Below the pieces are notes generated by a model, which did no database searches, was not told where the DNA came from, and saw only the letters and a list, made by a program, of their open reading frames with translations. Positions 1-12,031 of a stretch of 64,000 nt of DNA are shown here, piece by piece. The DNA comes from Eledone cirrhosa. Taxonomy: Eukaryota. Made by a program: the position numbers and the translations under genes. The stretch is taken from NCBI GenBank assembly GCA_964016885.1, contig OZ024743.1:58590001-58654000 (forward strand), read 5' to 3'. Position 1 is the first letter of the stretch. Every line of letters begins with the position of its first letter.

Positions 1-620
1 GCTGGGAAGGGTGGCCTGCACCCTCCATGCCATGCTTTATGATCTCGTTGTGAGGCATTGCATCGGAAGCTGCCAACACTGTAACGGCATGACAGTGGGT
101 GGGGACCGAAAGGATCGACAGTGGTACTGCAGCGCCATTTGTGAGGCTCACAATCTTGGAAGCCGAGCTGTTCAGTTGATTGCTAGTCGCAAATGATGGA
201 ACTGCATTGAGCCAGTCACCACTGTGGGTTGGGAAGCCGAGCGGAAACATGCCAGACGTTGCAGGTCGAGTCGGCGCACCAACCCATCTGAAATCATGTT
301 GAAATGATTGGCGTCCTATTTTTTTGGGGGGGGGGGGGCATCTACGAGATAAGAGGGGGATGGACGTTCACAGGGTAGAGGCTGAAGTGCTTTCATATTA
401 TGTAAGGCGGTTTGCGCTCCTCGATCACAGAAATTTCAGTTGTGTCGTAAAGAACTCTGTTGATGAGTATATAGAAAGCAAGATGTTACAGACGAAAAGA
501 CACCAGGCATTGTCAGTGAGACAGGAGTCGGGCTATAGTGGCTGCCTTCAAATGAAATCTAGTATTTTTCTCTAAACTGATTCCATTTCCTCCTTATGGA
601 ATATTGCCTCGCAATTATCA
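1..620 (-). mobile_element. Degenerate CRE-clade (RLE-type) non-LTR retrotransposon fragment
   Basis: Minus-strand translation near 1-220 gives SGDWLNAVPS...RCSTTVDPFGPHPLSCRYS and, after a frameshift, NEIIKHGMEGAGHPSQ. This resembles the WL.A.PS, zinc-knuckle and pre-RLE region of CRE-like elements. The right boundary is uncertain. Confidence 0.6.
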
Positions 621-767
621 GGTCTTAGGTTTGATCTCACGGTGTGGCACATTGGCCGGTATCATGAGCAGTGAGTAGCATTTACCATAGTTTGAGGTTG
701 TAGGCTTTGGTAATGAGATTGGGTAGAGAGGAACCGTTTGGAAACCCTGGCGGATGAACTGCAACCT

Positions 768-768
<1 letters not shown>

Positions 769-847
<79 letters not shown>

Positions 848-912
848 CCTCTCTCTCTCTGTCTTCGTCTGTGTATATATATATATATATAATAAATATT
901 ATATATATATAT
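769..912. repeat. (CT)n and (TA)n microsatellites
   Basis: Directly visible dinucleotide runs. Confidence 0.95.
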
Positions 913-913
913 A

Positions 914-1740
914 GAATTTAGGAACAGTTTAGGTATGATACATTTTATTACTAATTATATCTAAATGTTTCTTCTCTCTTCATAATGTATTTTTAACTCT
1001 GATACTGGTTCAGTCTGGTTCAAACTGAATTGGTCTGTCCCAGTCATTCATTGAGCAACATCGGTGAAGTTGGCACCCTTAACTCACAGTTGGGTGCGGA
1101 TGCATTCATGTATATATGTGTGTGTCCGCATGTATCTGTGTGTTTCTAAATATATTAATAACTCCCTCTGGTCGAGCAATCTTTGAAGTGTGGGGACAAC
1201 TGGAAAGCTTCCATTACTCATACTTCTCGCCTTCTTCACTACCTCTTCTACGGCCTCGATATGAATACCCCCTCCGCCTCCGTGGTATTTTCTTCGTGGT
1301 TATAAGAGGCTTAGCTCTGTTTCTCGACCGTTATATCGCGTGACTGTCTCCCCCTCCGCCTTTTGGGATTCTTTCTCACGTCGTGTAGACGCGTTCTTGA
1401 GACTAGTAAAATGAGGTATCCTCTTGATAAGTCGGCAGACCTCGCAAGGACTCTATATCTTTGATATATTGTTTTTGTTTATGCCACGAAACTACGTAGT
1501 CGAGGAATTTAGGAACAGTTTAGGTATGATACATTTTATTACTAATTATATCTAAATGTTTCTTCTCTCTTCATAATGTATTTTTAACTCTGATACTGGT
1601 TCAGTCTGGTTCAAACTGAATTGGTCTGTCCCAGTCATTCATTGAGCAACATCGGTGAAGTTGGCACCCTTAACTCACAGTTGGGTGCGGATGCATTCAT
1701 GTATATATGTGTGTGTCCGCATGTATCTGTGTGTTTCTAA

Positions 1741-1741
<1 letters not shown>
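914..1741 (+). mobile_element. Non-autonomous HHR retroelement (retrozyme or Penelope pLTR type): 591-bp unit plus ~237-bp direct repeat
   Basis: 914-1150 is repeated essentially exactly at 1505-1741. The element has (TA)n on both sides and an HHR at the unit junction. Confidence 0.8.
1419..1506 (+). ncRNA. Type I hammerhead ribozyme, U3-A8 core variant
   Basis: tcctc-TTGATAA-gtcggca...tgccac-GAAA-ctacgtag-TC-gagga: stem I tcctc/gagga, palindromic stem III, GUC cleavage triplet. Confidence 0.75.
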
Positions 1742-1792
<51 letters not shown>

Positions 1793-1797
<5 letters not shown>

Positions 1798-1999
1798 AAC
1801 CAGTAAGACCCCGACAGCTGAGCTCAAGCCGTTTCGACGGCTAATTCTGGACTGCTAATTCTAGTCCAGAATTAGCCGTCGAAACGGCTTGAGCTCAGCT
1901 GTCGGGGTCTTACTGGTTCCTATTACCCACTCTACTACCTCAAGTATTGAGTACTTTGGTGCGTTATGGTCCACCTGGTTCCTTACCACATTTCCTTCG

Positions 2000-2001
<2 letters not shown>
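1793..2001 (+). mobile_element. Fold-back mini-element: 61-bp perfect inverted arms plus tail, carrying the 3' half of an HHR
   Basis: Arms at 1793-1853 and 1863-1923; GAAA-cggcttgagctcagctg-TC motif; sits in (TA)n; homologous to 41762-41948. Confidence 0.75.
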
Positions 2002-2063
<62 letters not shown>

Positions 2064-2272
2064 TTATATATATATATATTTATTTAGGTTTGTTGGTTTA
2101 CCACTGGATAGAACTGGTCATTCCTTATGGTCAACCTCGATGTAATATTATGGAGAGCACTCAACGTAATGCAACTCACCCGTCTTCGTTTGTGTACTTG
2201 GTTGTGCGAGTACGGAGTTAATTATTATAAAATAACAGGAGGCTGGACTGGTGTAATTCCTTAAGGTTTATT

Positions 2273-2330
2273 ATACTATGATCATTTCAATGACCGGGTT
2301 CAGTATGAATCCGGTGACATCATCAGGTAT
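2273..2330 (-). ncRNA. Type I hammerhead ribozyme in a Penelope-like terminal fragment (~2085-2435)
   Basis: Reverse complement: atac-CTGATGA-tgtcaccggattcatactgaacccggtcatt-GAAA-tgatca-TA-gtat, with palindromic stem III. Confidence 0.8.
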
Positions 2331-2436
2331 TCGAAATATAACAAAGGAATATAATAGACAAAATCCATGGGGCTGAAAATCAACGACATTAGGGCGACCG
2401 AACATTTAGCAGCTTCTATCCCGGTCGGCCGCCCCA

Positions 2437-2534
<98 letters not shown>

Positions 2535-2649
2535 TATTATATGTATATTATATATATATAAATTATATATATATTATATGTATATATATAGATATATATA
2601 GTGACGAAACATAAGTCAATTGCATGAACTCATAATCCTTTATTTACTG

Positions 2650-2689
<40 letters not shown>

Positions 2690-2693
<4 letters not shown>

Positions 2694-3154
2694 GGAAAAA
2701 ATTAAACGAAATTTCATTTCCCACTCTAAGTACGGCTGTTACTTAAATATAAGTATGTACACGTACATACATATATGTATACGGACGTATATATATGTAC
2801 GTATGGATTCACCGAACATTTATTATAATGCTCGGTGTGTTTGTAAACAAACATCCCGTATTAAGCCGTAGTGACCAGCAACCATCGTTGCTCGTTTGTT
2901 CAACACTGACAAAGGAACACTGTACTAGTTACAAGGTTATTAGCTATCGTCAGCAACGTATACCTTCCTGCCAGATTGTTGAACGTATATACTTACCTTA
3001 TGCATATTAACGGCTGAGTAGCCCAATTTGCATATCGAGTGGGTTAATCGGCCGGGTGCACCGAAAACGATAAACGGAAAAAATGAAACGAAATTTCATG
3101 TCCCACTCTTAGTACGGCTGTTACTTAAATATAAGTATGTACACGTACATACAT
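2690..3154 (-). mobile_element. ~380-bp unit with ~80-bp terminal direct repeat and a degenerate HHR (2917-2959)
   Basis: 2690-2772 is repeated at 3072-3154. The body is homologous to 33365-33650, which has an intact HHR; here GAAA is mutated to GTAA. Confidence 0.7.
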
Positions 3155-3699
3155 GCATCAAAACCTATATTAAAAAATGACAAGTCTTCCGGTTCATACC
3201 TTTATACATACTCATATATTTACTTGCCTACATACATGCATACGTACTTACATACATACATACATATTTATATATACATACATACTGTACATAGAAAATA
3301 CACACGTATGTATATACAAATATCCATACATAAACACAAGTATACAGCGTCGGAAAATAATCATGATTACGTATGAATTACAGAATTATAGTAAACAGCA
3401 ACTGTATATTTTATCAGCAAACTGATCTCGATTCTAAATAAAAAACAAGAACGCAGGTGTGCCATTCAAGTAAAACTATTAAAAGATTAGAAAAAATCTC
3501 ACCCGCACTTTCTAACTCTTAACTCACGCCTATACCTTGGTATGCGATTTATCGCCACATCCTCGAAAATTTTAGAAAATGCGTTACATACATTCAATTG
3601 TCAAATGCGGATTTCGTGATATGCGAAGTGTGTCGACGAATTCCCTGAACTTAGGTGGGTTTGTATGTTTGTGTGTGTGGGATTACCACATGATCGGGT

Positions 3700-4300
3700 T
3701 CAATTGCTAATCCATTTCGAAATATACCCCTTGTGTCTCCATACACTTAGGCCACTGATCCTTCCACTTCTCAAAACACATTTAGAATGGCTCTCTGTTC
3801 CGCGGTCACAGTCCGCATGATGTCTTCTCGGCTCTTGAATTTGAGAACAAAGTAAAGTCAGAGAGAACAACATCTCCAAGTTAGGGAGCGAGGAAAATGA
3901 GTGAAATGCTTTCTTTTGTCAAACATCTTAGCTGACATGCAATGAATAACATCGAGTATTGTCATGATGCCGTTGCTAGTTTCGAGTAATCTACATTCCC
4001 AGTCCCTTGCACCGAATTACACCACGAAGACATTGGAGTATTTCCTGATAATACTCCTTCATAACTCTCTATCTATTTGGTGTGCATTCATTATCCACAA
4101 CGCCTCGTTAGTAAAAGAAAAGTCAGATTGTCCTGGATTTTGTTCCACACCTGACATTGTTTTGGGGGTATTGACAACGCTGTGTTCTTCTACTATGATG
4201 AAGCCTTGGTTTCCTGGTCGTAACAGTACACCCACGTTTCATCTCCAGTTATGACTGTATTCAGGAACTCAGAACACTTGGCAGTCTCCGGTGAACAAAG
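3700..4300 (-). pseudogene. Mariner (Tc1/mariner) transposase relic
   Basis: Minus strand encodes VITGDETWVYCYDQETK, EYYQEILQCLRGVIR...HHDNTR and FEKWKDQWPKCMETQGVYFE, interrupted by stops and frameshifts. Confidence 0.8.
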
Positions 4301-7077
4301 AATAGTGCTGTACATAGCACGATGACTCTCTGACAATGATTGATGCATACAGTGAGCTCACCAAAAAAACACACATGTGCAAGAAAGTATTTGGCTCCAC
4401 TCTGCACACATTTCCTCTCTAATGGCATTATTTCCCCACTAGGAAAAATAAAGTCAGATTCTTTGTCGACAGACTACGAATTCATCCGATACCTCACAGA
4501 ACAAAGCAGTAAGTTTATACGTGTAATGTATAACAAAACAATGATGATGGATAATGTTAATGAAACCTAATTAATGAATATGCATGTTTTTTTTTCAATA
4601 TACGACCTTGTCACCTTTTATAGCAAGGTAGTTGGAAATGTCTCTAAAATATTTCGCGAATGCAGATCTTTTGCTCAAAGTTGCAAAAGCTTGTATTAAG
4701 ATGTTATAATTCCACGTGAGTAAAAAACGTTGCCTTTTCTGGGAAAACTTTCGTAGAGTACACCGTTTAAATTATGAGACAATCGATTTTATAATTACAA
4801 TTTTGCCTGCCATCATTTAAAACCCCGATAAATTTGAATAGTCATGTAGTGGTGGTGATGTGAGGGCAGCGTTTTTCTGATTATCTGTATGAATACTTCT
4901 GTTGCGATAAAACAGAGAATGTTTCTTTGCGTGTATTAATATTAGAATTACCAATAGAAGGGAATAACGTAGAGGTGTATAGAACTATATCCCAGCTAGC
5001 TGATTAGATTTATAAAAGTACTTATTATCTATATGACTGAACCACTAAATACCTGATAAATTGTTATTCGATGATGTAAGATAAATCTAGCTTAATATTT
5101 AAGTTTTGGAATCTAAAATATTTACATTGGTTCTAACTATCATTCTTTTCTTTAAGATATTTAATAACAATTACATGGTTTACGTAATTATGTTTCCTAC
5201 CAATCGTAGCTATTTCTTGTAAATTAATACTATCTCACACTCTAATAGGTAATGTTAATATTGTACGAGAAATATCTATGGTATGTGTGTGGATATTAAT
5301 TTCATTCACATTTATGCTAGAAACTCCTTGTGAGAGTCAGCGGCCTCGTCCTCCGATCCGATCTTAACTTGGCACTGCCGGCCTATCTCTCCTTAACCTC
5401 CTCCAGCCGCACGCTCATCGATGAGATTCTCCGAAGATGACAGAACTTGGCGTGACCCGAGAACACGAATCAGCTCTGGGTGATTGGACTGAGGAAAGCC
5501 TTGCAGTCCCCCAGTGTACCTATGTCCAACGCAACTGGGACAACGTCTAGTGAAAGTCTGCCTTCAGGCGAATCGATAATTCCATGGACGAAAACAGGCT
5601 CGCCTGCTTACGCTCCACCCCGCAACCAAACAGTAGCGCTTGGCTCCATTCAGTGCCTTCCTCATCAACCAGTATCCTTCTTGATGAGGAGTGCACTCGA
5701 ATTGGAGTGGAAGAGCACCTCGGACTTCACACGTCTTAGCCTTACAGATGCCCTTGTGGAGATGTTATCGATATTTTCGGTTTGTACCCGTTAACTTGCC
5801 GCATTAGTGCCGACCGCCTTCGACTGCGGTGATGACAAGCGTCCCGACATTTTAATCCTATTCACATTCGAGGGGGCCAAATCCCTATTTAGGGACGCGA
5901 TGTGCAACGACTCGTTCTCCTCCTCCAACCTTGCCGCTTCGACCACAGACCCAAGCTCCACTACCCGAAACGCGGGTGAGAGGAAGAAAATTAAATACTT
6001 GGGTCCTGACTTCTTTGCATCGGTCTCCGTCGAGACTTCTGTCTCCTTTGCTCCCTGACCAGCTAATTTCCTCTGTAAATTTGGGAAGATGGTGATTCGC
6101 TTGATGAAGGAGCCTCGTGAGGTCGGGTAGCATCTGTAACAGGTGTGTTTGGAAACTCTTTGCGGCAACGCTTTTGCCGTTTCGTCCGCTTGGCTGAGGC
6201 ACCGCTCAGACTGGTGTGTAGTGACTGTACCTCACCATTCCCTTCCTTTTGCAGTTTGATCCTTCTTTCTTTTTCTCCTTTTCCTTTTCTCTTCTCTTCT
6301 TCCTTTTCTGTTCCCTTTCGTAGTAGTGTGTTTTGTATTTTCAGATATTGCTCAATTATTTTTATGTAAGGTCAATGGCCTTTCATGATATTGTGAGATG
6401 TTTGTATAATGAATAAATGATGAATTTTCAAATGCGTAGTATATCTTGAAAAATATAAAATGAAACAAAAAACGTTCCTTTATGAGAGAAAACCTGTATA
6501 TGATATCTGAAAAAGGTGATTGTGCGCTCTTTGACAAGCAATTAAATCTTGAATTCTAATCATGGTTCTATTTGATTAGTGAAATATTTGCTAATATAAT
6601 GTCATACTGCATCCTTTTTTCAATAGTTTCAATGACGGGCAGCGGCTAACTGAGAGTAATCATTCAATACATTTCAGACTAATCAGACATAGAAACTTAT
6701 TTTATTCATTAAATATTTATACATCGTATGTAAACGCAAATGTTCATTAATCCATATACAAATATAATCGAAACACCGGTGACTAAAGCCTCAAATACAC
6801 TAAGCTTCCTTAATAAAGAGTCTAAATTTGGGAGAACCTATGGGATGAAAAATAAAACATGTAATATAAACATACATGTGTCCGAATCGTAAGGACTAGT
6901 TTTGCTAGGGTGAAACAATACTAACTACACCAATATGGTTTGCCAGACTTAATTTAATGTAGTAAATTAAGAAAAAATAATAACAAACCTATATTAGGCA
7001 ACTGCCTGAAAACACCTAGACAGTTATGGAAACTGTTCCGCAAAATCATATTAAGCGAAGTCATCACCATGTCTCAT

Positions 7078-7368
7078 CAGTAGTTGTTGAGAAATTAGCG
7101 ATCCTTCCACTTCTAAAAATACGAAAAGACTGAATTGCGTGCGATAAGAAATATCGCACGTGTCTTCGGAACCCAGCTTGTCTCGTAAACCTATGCCGCT
7201 AAAAAAAGCAGCCTGGTTAACACGACATTAAAATAAGCTCTCCATGATGGAGCCGACAAATATATACTGAGTTAGAAACTCAAAGTAGTCATTTCATGTC
7301 GCACGCAATTCAGTCTTCTAATATTTTTAGAAGTGGAAGGATCGCTAAATTCTTAACACCTGAAACTG
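7078..7368. mobile_element. MITE with ~65-bp terminal inverted repeats
   Basis: ttagcgatccttccacttctaaaaata...gactgaattgcgtgcga near 7095-7145 is mirrored at 7295-7350; the ends are CAGT...ACTG. Confidence 0.7.
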
Positions 7369-7449
7369 TAGAGTGCTCAACTTATCGGGCTGGAAGGTGC
7401 CAATCATATAAGTAATAAAGCTTATGCTTCGATCATTCCCGGTTGGAGG

Positions 7450-7595
7450 TCTATAAATGAAGTAACTCCGTCGGAAAAGTACATGAAAAAAGAGTGCTCT
7501 ATGTAAGCTTATTATTTACATAACTAATAAGGTCTGTAGCCTACATAGGGTACTCTTTTTTCCTGTACCTTTCCGACGGAATTACTTCATTTAGA

Positions 7596-7596
<1 letters not shown>
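7450..7596. repeat. Imperfect ~55-bp inverted repeat (fold-back or MITE-like)
   Basis: taaatgaagtaactccgtcggaaaagtacatgaaaaaagagtgctctatgtaagct pairs with agcctacatagggtactcttttttcctgtacctttccgacggaattacttcattta. Confidence 0.7.
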
Positions 7597-7671
<75 letters not shown>

Positions 7672-7820
7672 AATACACACACACACACACAAACACATAT
7701 ATATATATTTATTAAAATAACAGATTAAAGTTTATCCAAAAAATCGCTGCTTGCTTTCACCCTTATATATTTATCCTTATCGAGCCCTCTTTGGATTTTA
7801 GTCTTCACATTTATTATTAT

Positions 7821-7873
<53 letters not shown>

Positions 7874-8055
7874 AATGGAAGCGGTAAAAACCAGTTAGAC
7901 CATTACTCACCGGAGTACTAGATTCTTGGGTTAGTCGGTCGGGCAGTATGAACATTTTTGGATCCCCACGGCTGAGCATCTGCCATTTTTCTAGCTAGAT
8001 GTATAAATGTGTGTGTGTGTGAGTGTGTGTAAATATATATAAGTATATATATGTG

Positions 8056-8110
<55 letters not shown>

Positions 8111-8750
8111 ATGATACTATTTATAGTTATGTATACACTATATACAACTATAAACAGGAAAGATCGGTAATTTATTACTACCTTATTACCAGTAAGAAAA
8201 ATAGCTCAATGTGAATACATCAGACGTTTTACAGAGTAGGAATATAAATTACACAATAATCAAAGTTATGCTCAAATCATTTTTATTGCTGACAATCCTT
8301 TCTTCCCAACTTTCGTTTGGATTCATCGGAGCATTAGCAATGTTTGTACATATAATTAACCTCCTATTCAACTGAACAATCATGTATATACATGGATATT
8401 AACGTTGTCAACAACAGTTTCGTATTTACAGAGTGGAATGAATGCAACATATATTACAAGAGAATTGTACAATAATTAAAATCAAAAAGCATAGAGTGGA
8501 ATACATGCGACAGATATCGCAAAGGGAAAAGTTTAATAATTAAAGAGGCATTAAAGAGAACAGTTACTCGTAAAACGACGACACCAGCAGTACATATGCA
8601 AGCGTTTGGAGAGTGCAAATGCGTTAGACATATATATAGGAAGGAGACAAGCAATGGTATTATGCATATAAAATTAGTGTATGGCAAAGGTATCACATAA
8701 AAGATAACACAGGTTTACAACAATATTAAGCAGAGGGTATGTATGGGTAA

Positions 8751-9641
8751 GTATGTCTTTGTTAGCCTACTGCCTGATGATATACAAGAATATAAATTCA
8801 CGTATATCAAAGTTGAAGCTCAACCAGTGGGAGCCGTATAATATATAAGGGAGAGAATTGGGAGTGTGTAACACTCCACTTATCAAATAGGCAGTATATG
8901 GTTAGCTCAATGTCAGAGGACAGAGCCGTAATACAATTAACAACAAAGAGCGCTTAGAACATAGGTATATCTTTAATTGCTAACAGTGTTTCGTCCACAC
9001 TAGAAGTGGTACTCTTCAGAGCATAAAGAGTAAATACATAGTATACAAGCATTGACAAAGCCAAAACAGAAGAATATATGTGGGGATACCATAAGTTAGG
9101 AGGAGTTTAAAGAGTAAAGTAAACGGAGTAAAATAAGAAAAGAGTAAAATAAAAATAAACATAAAAATAAAAATAAGAATAAGAATAATAAAAATAAAAA
9201 TAAAAATAAAAATAAAAATAAAAATAAAAATAAAAATAAAAATAAATATAAAAATAAAAATAAAAATAAAAATAAAAATAAATAAAAATAAAAATAAAAA
9301 TAAAAATAAAAATGAAAAATGAAAAATGTAAAATGAAAAATGAAAAATGGATAATAAAAATAAAAAAATAAAAAAAAAAAAAAAAAATAAAAAAAAAAAA
9401 ATAAAAAATAAAAAAAAAAAATAAAAAAAAAAAATAAAAAAAAAAAAATAAAAAAAAAAAGATAAATAAAAAAAAAAAATAATAAAAAAAAAAAATAAAA
9501 AAAAAAAATAGAAAATAAATAAAAAAATAAAAAAAAATAATAATAAAAAAATTAAAAGTAAAAAATAAAAAATAAAAAATAAAAAATAATAAATAAAAAA
9601 ATAAAAAATAAAAAATAAAAAATAAAAAATAAAAAATAAAC

Positions 9642-9674
<33 letters not shown>

Positions 9675-10873
9675 AAATAAAAAATAAAAAATAAAAAATA
9701 AAAAATAAAAAATAAAAAATAAAAAATAAAAAATAAAAAGTAAAAAGTAAAAAATAAAAAATAAAAAATAAAAAATAAAAAATAAAAAATAGAAAATAAA
9801 AAATAAAAAATAAAAAATAAGAAATGTTATCACTCACAGTTGGGCAGGGTTCCGTTAACATACAGCTACATACAAGTATATGCATAAGCATGAGCACCCA
9901 CATGCACCTACACACAAGCACCCGTATGCAACACATATAGTATACACTAATACAAATAACATATCATAGACGGATGGGCACAAGTTAAGAGATAGAGATA
10001 GATAAAAAATAGGTAAGAGGTAGATAAAAAATAGATAAAAAAATAAATAAAAAATAGATAAAAAATAGATAAAAAATAGATAAAAAATAGATAAAAAATA
10101 GATAAGAAATAGATAAAAAATAGATAAAAGATAAAAAATAAAAAAATAAAAAATAAATAATAAAATAAAATAAAATAAAATAAAATAAAATAACATAAAG
10201 TAAAGTAAAATATACACCAGAAGGTAAATAAAACAATACACCAAAAAAAAATGGAGTAAAATATACACCATAAAGGAAGGTGTGGGTAAAGATAAGACTG
10301 GCAAATGCATAAGCTATCAAGCTATGTTCAACAAGTGATGTACGTACAAAATATAAAATACACAAAAATATATATACAAAAATATATATAAAATATATAT
10401 ATAAAAGAGACGTATATATAAGGATATATATATATATATATATACACACATCAGTCAAAGTAATGCATATTTATAAAGATGTAACTGGGGGTAAAAAGAT
10501 GTAATAAGGGTAATCAAGATGGTAATTATTAGGGCATGTAATAATAATATTATTATAGAGATCCTAAGGTGACACTAGTGTTGACTCATGGTGATATATG
10601 GAATATATCAGGACACGAACGCCTTAGGTGTTGCAGTTAGCCGCAGTTCAACAATAGAGTGTTCGAATGAGATTTTTTATTTTTTATGAACAGATGCTAT
10701 GTCCGCACTAGATTGAGTTGACCATTACAATGCAATGGAAACATCCCAGGTTGGACAGTCCCAAAAGTTCACACTCCAAAGTTCAATCCACAGGTGTGCA
10801 TTCATAGAGTTGAGCTGTTGGGCAATCCGAAAAAGTTCACACTACAAAGTTCAATACACAGATGTGCATTCAT
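8751..10873 (-). repeat. 3' pseudo-LTR with A-rich microsatellite expansions
   Basis: Near-identical to 14489-16248 outside the (AAAAAT)n, (AAAAAAT)n and (TAGATAAAAAA)n tracts. Confidence 0.9.
8979..9022 (-). ncRNA. Hammerhead ribozyme in the 3' pLTR (one stem II substitution)
   Basis: Same as 14717-14760 but with gtac instead of gtcc in stem II. Confidence 0.75.
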
Positions 10874-12031
10874 AGAGTTGAGCACTCAGGCAAGAATTAA
10901 CTGGTTAACAAGGTGTATCCATATCACAAGCAGGAGCATATGCCGGGAAGGTTGCAGGCAAATTCATATACAGCAGCACGAACATCAAGAGGCAAATAAC
11001 TGAGGCGCATATTAGTGAGCAGAAGCAGGCAAGTGCAGGTGGTAAAACACAGTCAGGTGAAGCAGGTTATTATGCATACCATTTAATATAATATAAGAAA
11101 ACTCAACAACAATGCATAACAAATAGCTTCCAAAGCCGATAACCACAAAATCATAACATTGAGCAACAATCAGGCATCACAAGAATGTACGCAACATTAG
11201 GGTTAGTCCAGAGACAGTATATGTATACTTATACATACACACATACACACAGACATGTATATGCAGAGACAGTATACGTACACATATATACAGAATATTC
11301 AAAATACAACCTTATGAGGAGATGCATATTCCCACGTGCAGTCACCAGATTCAATTATAAACAAACCGTTAATAAATACGGAGGGCTATCGGGGCCAAAA
11401 CGTTATTCTTGGGAGAATAACACAGAGCGTCAATCTATGGAAGACCAACTATGCCAAAAATACACCGGGCAAAAACACCCCAAAGTCAGCGTGTAGACTG
11501 TGAATCGCAGAATAGGAGGGTAACACATACATGTACTCCATATCTACCGCCCACGGCGAGATGGCACAGGTCAGCTCACAGTGACTGGCTAAATCTCCGT
11601 CCCATATGGGCACAGGCCCATTGGTTCACCACGAGTCAACAAGGTAATTTAAATAAACTAAAATAAGATAAAATGCGAGGGGCAGGTTAAATCTAATCAA
11701 TTGTGCATCTTATAACGCAGTACACACTCTGCATAGATGTATTACATCACAACTCATGAGCATACAAAGGTACAAATCCATACAATACACGTTGGGATAG
11801 ACCCACCAATGCACAAACACACACACGGTGGCTGGGCAAGTATGGAAGGGTCACATCCACTGTACCGAACAAGGGTGTTTATTAACATATACACCAACTC
11901 ACGTATACACCTCGATATCCAAATTCCATATACACATGCAGGCATACATATACACACAGACACATATACAAACAAGACAAACAATAGGAGACAAATACAC
12001 TAGATTACCCAACTGGAGAATTCTGAAAGTG

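Noticed and set aside
8769-8828. Plus-strand CTGATGA with two hairpins, also at 14507-14566, resembling an antisense HHR
   Set aside because: It has TCAAA instead of GAAA and no NUH triplet before stem I, so it is not a credible hammerhead.
9016-10458. Long Phe/Ile/Tyr-rich ORFs, also at 14845-15892
   Set aside because: These are translations of stop-free A-rich microsatellites in the pLTRs.
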